Assembly: GCA_951406725.2 (NCBI GenBank) | Contig: OX597826.1 | Location: 60,326,001 to 60,390,000, forward strand | Length of the DNA stretch: 64,000 bases | Reading direction: 5' to 3' | From: Octopus vulgaris | Lineage: Eukaryota | Shown here: positions 57,452 to 64,000 of the stretch, in pieces | Layout of the letters: each line of letters opens with the position of its first letter | Numbering within the stretch: position 1 is the first letter of the stretch | Made by a program: the position numbers and the translations under genes | Notes under the pieces: model-generated | What the model saw: only the letters and a program-made list of their open reading frames with translations | Told to the model about the DNA's origin: nothing | The model's database searches: none

Positions 57452-58960
57452 CATTATTATTATTATTATTATTGTTGTTGTTGTTGTTGTTGTTGTTGTT
57501 ATTATTATTATTATTATTATTTCTCAGTTTTTGGTAGGTGTTGACAGATACATTAAGTTCGTTTGGGGCAGTCGTATCAATAAGGAGGCATGATTTTTTC
57601 GGATATTTTTAAATATAATGCCTGGCCTCTTCGTATCTACCTTTCTATCTGTTAGAACGGTGAAGTTCCAGAGGAGTGAGATGTGATTATATTCAAGCAC
57701 TGAAAGTGTCTTGTGTTACCACCAGTTTTTATCATGGGTCAGGTACAGGTTTTTGCAAATTACCCAGTGAATATACTGTGCTACTCAATAATGCCTGTTG
57801 AAATGAGATACTCTGTAGGCGCGATCTTGTGTTGCTATTTTAAACCCTTCTGTTTCTGATTTGAAGCCAGAAGATACGAACCGTTGTTGGGTAAGGGCTT
57901 TGTCAATGTCGGCGTTATTAGCTCTCTTTGGGTATTTTCCATTCAGAGTTTTTTCTTGCCATGACTAACGTATTGGTCCCTTCGTATTGCCCTTACCCTG
58001 TGATAACATCCTCTCCTGATCCTTTTCCTCATTGAATGTTTGATTCCATCACCTTTAATTACCCCTAGGTATTTGTAGCTCTCCGCTGGTTCTAACTCCT
58101 CTGTGACATCCTGCTGGTCACGATTAATGTTCGATGTTTCTGTTATTTTTCCTTTGATAAAGGTAGCTTTTTCATATTTATCGAGGCCAAATAGGATCCT
58201 GATGTCATCACTAATTGTTCAACAATTGTTAGTAAGCCCTATAGTTGTTGGCCACTTTTTGCAAAGAGCTTTAAATCACCCATGTAAAAGAGATGGTTTA
58301 TATTTTTTGCAAACATTTAACAGCTATATTGTACATCGTCGAGCAATTTTGAGGTATTAAGGTTAGACAAAAGAGGAGTGGTGATATAGAGTCATTCTGG
58401 AAAAAGCAACATGAAATTATTACATCTCTAGCATTGAAAGATGGATTGTCACTATTCAAAGTCAGTGTGGTTCGCCATGATCTCATACTTACAGACAAGA
58501 AGTTTCGCAGAATTTTTAGGAGAGTGTCATGTTCATTCACACCGGTTTCTTAAATTTTCCGCCATTCAATCATGATTTGATTCTCTAGATCATCTAGTTT
58601 AGTTAAGTCAATTTGTGTTTAACCTTCTTCATCTATATGATTTTCATCTGCTTTTGTGTTTATAGTTGATTCAGAGAGTATTTCACCTTGCTAATATCTA
58701 GCCTCCACTTTTCCTACAGTTTCCAATCAATGATTTCGCTACGTGGTCGTTTCGTCACAACTTGTAGTGGTTTGAGGCATGCCTGGGACATTCGTTCGTG
58801 ATATATTCTTGCCGAATATAGCATTGCTCTTTTTCCGCAGGTCGACAATACTTGTCCCAATTTCCAGTATTATTCAGCCTCTCAGTAAGCAGATTAAGTG
58901 TTATACTATGTCCGCCGTTTGTTTTCCACAAACTTTTCATCTCGCTGGTTAGATCCTAAA
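57133..58960 (-). mobile_element. R4/Dong-like LINE remnant (RT, RLE and 3' UTR) ending in (TAA)n
   Basis: FQNDSISPLLFCLTLIP, YMGDLKLFAK, YKYLG, LNGKYP..ADIDK, GFKSETEGF, VAQYIHWVICK, LLWNF..TDRK..RP and terminal RKILSM*. Internally deleted and interrupted by (TTA)n at 57359-57520. Confidence 0.92.
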
Positions 58961-59214
58961 ACGTTATTATTATAATGACGGTGAGGTAGCACCTGCGACG
59001 GGTACAACTTGATGGAGTATACGGAAGTCATTGAGACCGCAGTGTTTAGCAAGGTGTAGCGGATGAGTCTGAAGCCCGGATTGTCTGTTATGAATATATT
59101 AGCATCATCAACTCCTGAATATTATTGTCTCCTGTCTTAATACGCACAAGGCAGGCTACCTGATTTTTCATGGCGTATAGATAGAGATTAGAACACTGCA
59201 CTTGAACGGAAGAC

Positions 59215-59345
59215 CATCCTGTGATGATCGGGCTGAAGCAACGTGAAAGGAAGTACTTGGCTCAAGAATAAAATGTGCTATTCACTCCTGGAATCGAAAC
59301 AAAACCGCAACAATTCGTCCACCGAACAATGCAGTGTCATTAACT
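59215..59345 (-). mobile_element. Degenerate SINE head/core fragment
   Basis: Minus strand GTTTCGATTCCAGG ... CTTGAGCCAAGTACTT ... TTTCACGTTGCT. Confidence 0.55.
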
Positions 59346-59788
59346 CATTTATTGTACATAGATGTACAATAAGTTATCAATTATTGACAGCATTAACACC
59401 TTTGCACAATTGATAATTTTCAAACATTACTGAATGATGATATACCGACCACTGCGTCTTCCGCACTTTCAAACTATTTTTTACAGTTTTATCTATATAA
59501 TTATCGCTTCACTTATTTGTCTCACTAACAGAACCTAAATTACTTTTTGATCAGTTTAACAGTCTGCAGCTGGGTTACTTAACGAAATTGTTTTATGGCC
59601 GTTTAGTATAATGGAGACGTATGTATTTGTGAGTCATTTTAATTTACATTCGATGTTGTTTTTCATTATTTTAATACTATATTCCGCCATGTTCCGCATC
59701 TGTGTTGAATATATTTCTGTGTATATTGGTGTTAATTGTTATTTTAAAATATATTATATTACCGCGTAAATGGTTCTTTAGCTATTCG

Positions 59789-59872
59789 ATTACTTCCTTT
59801 AGTATTCTTGCCTTCTCTACTGAAACCAAAATTACTTCCTGTAGTATTCTTGCCTTCTCTGCTGAAACCAAA
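59789..59872. repeat. 42-bp tandem duplication
   Basis: ATTACTTCCT.TAGTATTCTTGCCTTCTCT.CTGAAACCAAA occurs twice. Confidence 0.9.
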
Positions 59873-60237
59873 ATCTTTATAGAAGGATTTATACTATTTT
59901 TTTTTACTTGGAAGGAAGTGCTAAGTTAAACATCATATACGTTTTAGCCTGCGATACGTAGGCTAAATTTTTGGCTATGTCGCCGTAAGTTGAAAGACTT
60001 GAGGCAAGTTGCGAAGATATAGGGGGAATTATTATAGTTAAATCACAGGAAGAGATAGACTCCTCATGAAATTCTATATGAATTGAGGATAATGAAGGAA
60101 ACTGACGACGAAATCAAAACATATTTTGCAGTAATAATGTCCAACGTCTCAAGACAACGAATTAGAAGACTTAACAAAATAATTTTCTAAATTTATCCGA
60201 CAATTGCTGATATAGAAAATTATATTTGATTTTAAAT

Positions 60238-60285
<48 letters not shown>

Positions 60286-60434
60286 TACAGACAGATAATT
60301 ACAAAGTAGTAGAAATTTATATATATATCAATGCAAGCATAGTATATGCATGTATGCATATGAATATACGTATGTACTACGTACGCATGTATAAATGTGA
60401 ATGTATGTACATATATATATGTGTGTTGAGTGTG

Positions 60435-60473
<39 letters not shown>

Positions 60474-61077
60474 TCATAAAATACAGTGTGCATTTAAACA
60501 CATAAGGAATCCATTCATTAGATTCATCACCCTAGAAAGAACAGCTAAGTTCCAAAACCACAAAATTAAGGATAAAATCCAGAAAGGTATGAACTGAAAA
60601 TTTAAAACTTTACCATCTAGTTTCCTGGACCAATTGGTTTCTGATTTTAGTTTAGCAAATAAAATAATTTTTGCTAAGTGAAATCGTCATCAACAGGTAT
60701 ACCTTAGATTAAATATATAAAGACGAGGCAATCAATTATATGCCTCTTGTTTATACATCCTAATCTTTTTCAAAGTCTACTGCGCAGATGCAGCTCCTCG
60801 TCGGCAATAAAAAAAAATGCCAACTTTTAAAATTCAAAAATTATCTAAAAACTCACAATACTTCATCATATCGAAGGGAAATGGAAATTAATAGAAATTG
60901 TCACTTCCAGTGGCCTAGCGTGTGAAAATTAGGATACACACACACGCCCCCCCCCCCCCATATATATATATATATATATACTCACACACATATTATTGTG
61001 AGCGTGTGTCCGCGTGTATTGTCAAGAAATTGAGAATAATCGTACAGTAATATTATAAAATGGATATATATATATAC

Positions 61078-61119
<42 letters not shown>

Positions 61120-61440
61120 TATATATATATATACACACACACACATATATATATATATATATTTATTTATATATATATATGCTTATATGAGTGCGATAGA
61201 TTATGAGCCTGAGTACTTATTATTATATAATATTATATTGAAAATTAGGTGATGCAATTGTTTGCCTAAGTACAATTTTCAAATACTGCGTAACATTCTC
61301 TTTAACAGACTAATATCCATTCAAATATCTGTACATCTGTGAAAGTTTTACCCAGTTATTTTTACCTAGCCCATAATTCGCACAACTCGAATATGATTTT
61401 GCACTATACGCTTCAGTTCCTACAGCTGTGTCCCAGTATT

Positions 61441-61611
61441 TATTCTTTTATTCTTTCATTCTTTAATTCTTTTACTTGATTCAGTCATTTGACTGTGGCC
61501 ATGCAGGAACAATCATTTGCCGAACTTTGCTAAGCTACGGGGGTCGTAAAAACACCAAGATTGGTTGTCAAGCGATGGTGGGAGACTCACACAGACACAC
61601 ACACACACACG

Positions 61612-61660
<49 letters not shown>

Positions 61661-61819
61661 GGCCTTCTTTCAATTTCCGTCTACCAAATCCACTCACAAC
61701 GCCTTCGTCGGCCTCAGATTATAGTAGACGACACTTGCTCAATGTGCCATGCAGTGGGACTGAACCCGGAACCATTTCGTTTGGAAACAAACTTCTTACC
61801 ATACAGCCACTCCTGCGCC
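61441..61819 (-). mobile_element. SINE family B copy
   Basis: Same head (GGCGCAGGAGTGGCTGT), internal TA/TG tract and tail as 43897-44304; has an internal deletion. Confidence 0.9.
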
Positions 61820-61989
61820 TATTTGAACACTTATGTTTCATCAGACTCCACCGTGAACAACAACCACCCAAACCACATATCACATATATTTATTTAGTAA
61901 AAAGCTCCAAGCACTTCAACAATTATCTGACTACATATATTATCTAGAATATAAAAGAAACTAAACCTAACTCCGAGTACAGAACTACT

Positions 61990-62340
61990 GTATGAGATTG
62001 CTGTATGAGGTTCCTCACAGATTTACACACTTACTGCAACAGTCTTTCTGTTTTTCTAAGCCCTTAAGAGAACTCGGAAGGTTGTTGCCTTCAATCAGGC
62101 ATATTGCGATATCCTTCAACCTAGAAACTTTACAGCAAGTCCTCGCGATTAAGAGGGCAAGTCCTCCTCAGTTGGAAAGTATAAATTCCCATTCAGCCAG
62201 GCAATGCCCGCTTGGTTGTGTACGGAAAACATTGTCCAATGAATTAAATTCAAACTGACGTTTTTCTTAACCAAAATAATAAGCAGAATAATAAGTACAT
62301 ATTGCTTGCAGGGCTCCAAGATAATTTCCAAGAGGTTTTA
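61990..62340 (-). mobile_element. Possible piggyBac relic
   Basis: NQAGIAWL and CSKC...ICEEPH-like terminal pieces. Confidence 0.3.
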
Positions 62341-62440
62341 ATCACTAAAGACAAAATATTGTTTTTGATATTAATTTGTCGCAATATACATGTTGTAGAA
62401 CTATGGAAAACTAAATAGGATATATGCCTGCATGTGTATC

Positions 62441-62499
<59 letters not shown>

Positions 62500-62802
62500 G
62501 ACGAGGAGGAGGAGGAAGAAGAAGAAGAAGAAGAAGAGGAGGGGGGAGGAGGAGGGAGGAGGAGGAGGAGGAAGAGGAAGAGGAGGAAGAGGAGGTGGAA
62601 GAAGAGGGGGTGGAAGAAGAGGAGGTGGAAAAGGAGGACGAGGGAGAGGAGGGAAACAGTAGCGGTAGTGACCGTAGCAGCAGCAGAAATGTATCATTGA
62701 GGGTTTAGAAACAAGAATACGAAGAAGAAAGGCATATACAAAAAGATGTTCCAGTTGTTTTCGTTAGTGATGATGAAGATGATAATGATGATGATGATGA
62801 TA

Positions 62803-62849
<47 letters not shown>

Positions 62850-62850
62850 A

Positions 62851-62923
<73 letters not shown>

Positions 62924-62960
62924 CGGTTGTGGTGGTGGTGGTGGTAGTGGTGGTTTTGGT
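62441..62960. repeat. Triplet microsatellite cluster (AGT, GAA/GGA, GAT, GGT)
   Basis: Directly visible. Confidence 0.95.
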
Positions 62961-63104
62961 GTGTAGTGGTCTGTAGTGGTTCTAATAATTAATGCTCTGG
63001 AAGACCGTCATAATGATAACGAAGAAGGGAAAGAGACAAAATATATAAACAACAATAAAAGCATAGACAAAAAGAACATAAAACATAGAATGTGCAAGCA
63101 TACT

Positions 63105-63140
<36 letters not shown>

Positions 63141-63142
63141 CA

Positions 63143-63181
<39 letters not shown>

Positions 63182-63730
63182 TAGACATACATACATATAA
63201 ATGTATATATATATATATATATATCATATGTCATATTCATATATATATATATATATACTTGTATACATACGTACATACATATATATATATATGTGTGTGT
63301 CTGTGTGTGTGTTTGTGTGCGTGTGTATGTGTTTGTGTGTATGTATATACGTATCTGTGTGTGGATGCATGTGAAAAGTATGGACTCGATATATTTGTGC
63401 TTGTCTTTTTTTAAATAGATTATGTATGCTTGTATATTTCTTTGTTTTTGTTTTAGGGACAATATGAATTATATATTATTTCGGTTTTCTTTCTCTATAC
63501 TGTCACACCTTTCAACGTTGTCAAGAAGTGAAAATTAAATCACCTTTCAAACAATATATTATTGATTAAGTAGTCAAATTCAGAAACGACATTTTACGTA
63601 CGTATCTTTGTATCCCTCTATGGCAAGTGACATACAACCAGACATGTTCCTACGTATCCGTATATATATTTGCTTGTTTGTGTATGTGAGTGTGTGCGTG
63701 CGTGTATACACATATATATAATTATATGTA

Positions 63731-63780
<50 letters not shown>

Positions 63781-64000
63781 TGATAGGTGCATGTTTGTAT
63801 GTGTGCATGCATATATGCAGAGAATTGCAGCGTATTACCATCCTTCATATTGCCTAGAATTGTGTAACCCTAAAAATGTCGAAATAAAATATAAACGGGA
63901 AACCGTTGTTTAGCCATCTTTGCTTCAAATTGCATAGCAGCACCCCTTTTTCTTATAGCAATGTGTGTACGTTTATACACACACACACACACGCACACAC

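Overview
This is AT-rich, microsatellite-saturated eukaryotic DNA. I infer a cephalopod (Octopus-like) genome from the tRNA-derived SINE families and the extreme (TA)n/(CA)n/(TACA)n/(TAGA)n/(ATT)n/(ATC)n load. I found no intact host gene or convincing exon; the long ORFs in the track are microsatellite translations or pieces of dead transposons. The window contains three SINE families (one forming ~184-bp tandem multimers), two Tc1 and one DD41D (rosa-type) transposase pseudogenes, RTE and R4/Dong-type LINE remnants, and weak piggyBac, BEL/Pao and MULE relics. The most notable signal is a set of minimal type I hammerhead-ribozyme motifs of the kind found in Penelope-like element pseudo-LTRs. 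One family, present in two copies (41052-41102 +, 51133-51182 -), has the core GUGAACA, a natural C3G/G8C swap of the conserved C3-G8 pair, together with a palindromic stem III. All calls were made by eye without alignment or folding tools, so element boundaries are approximate.
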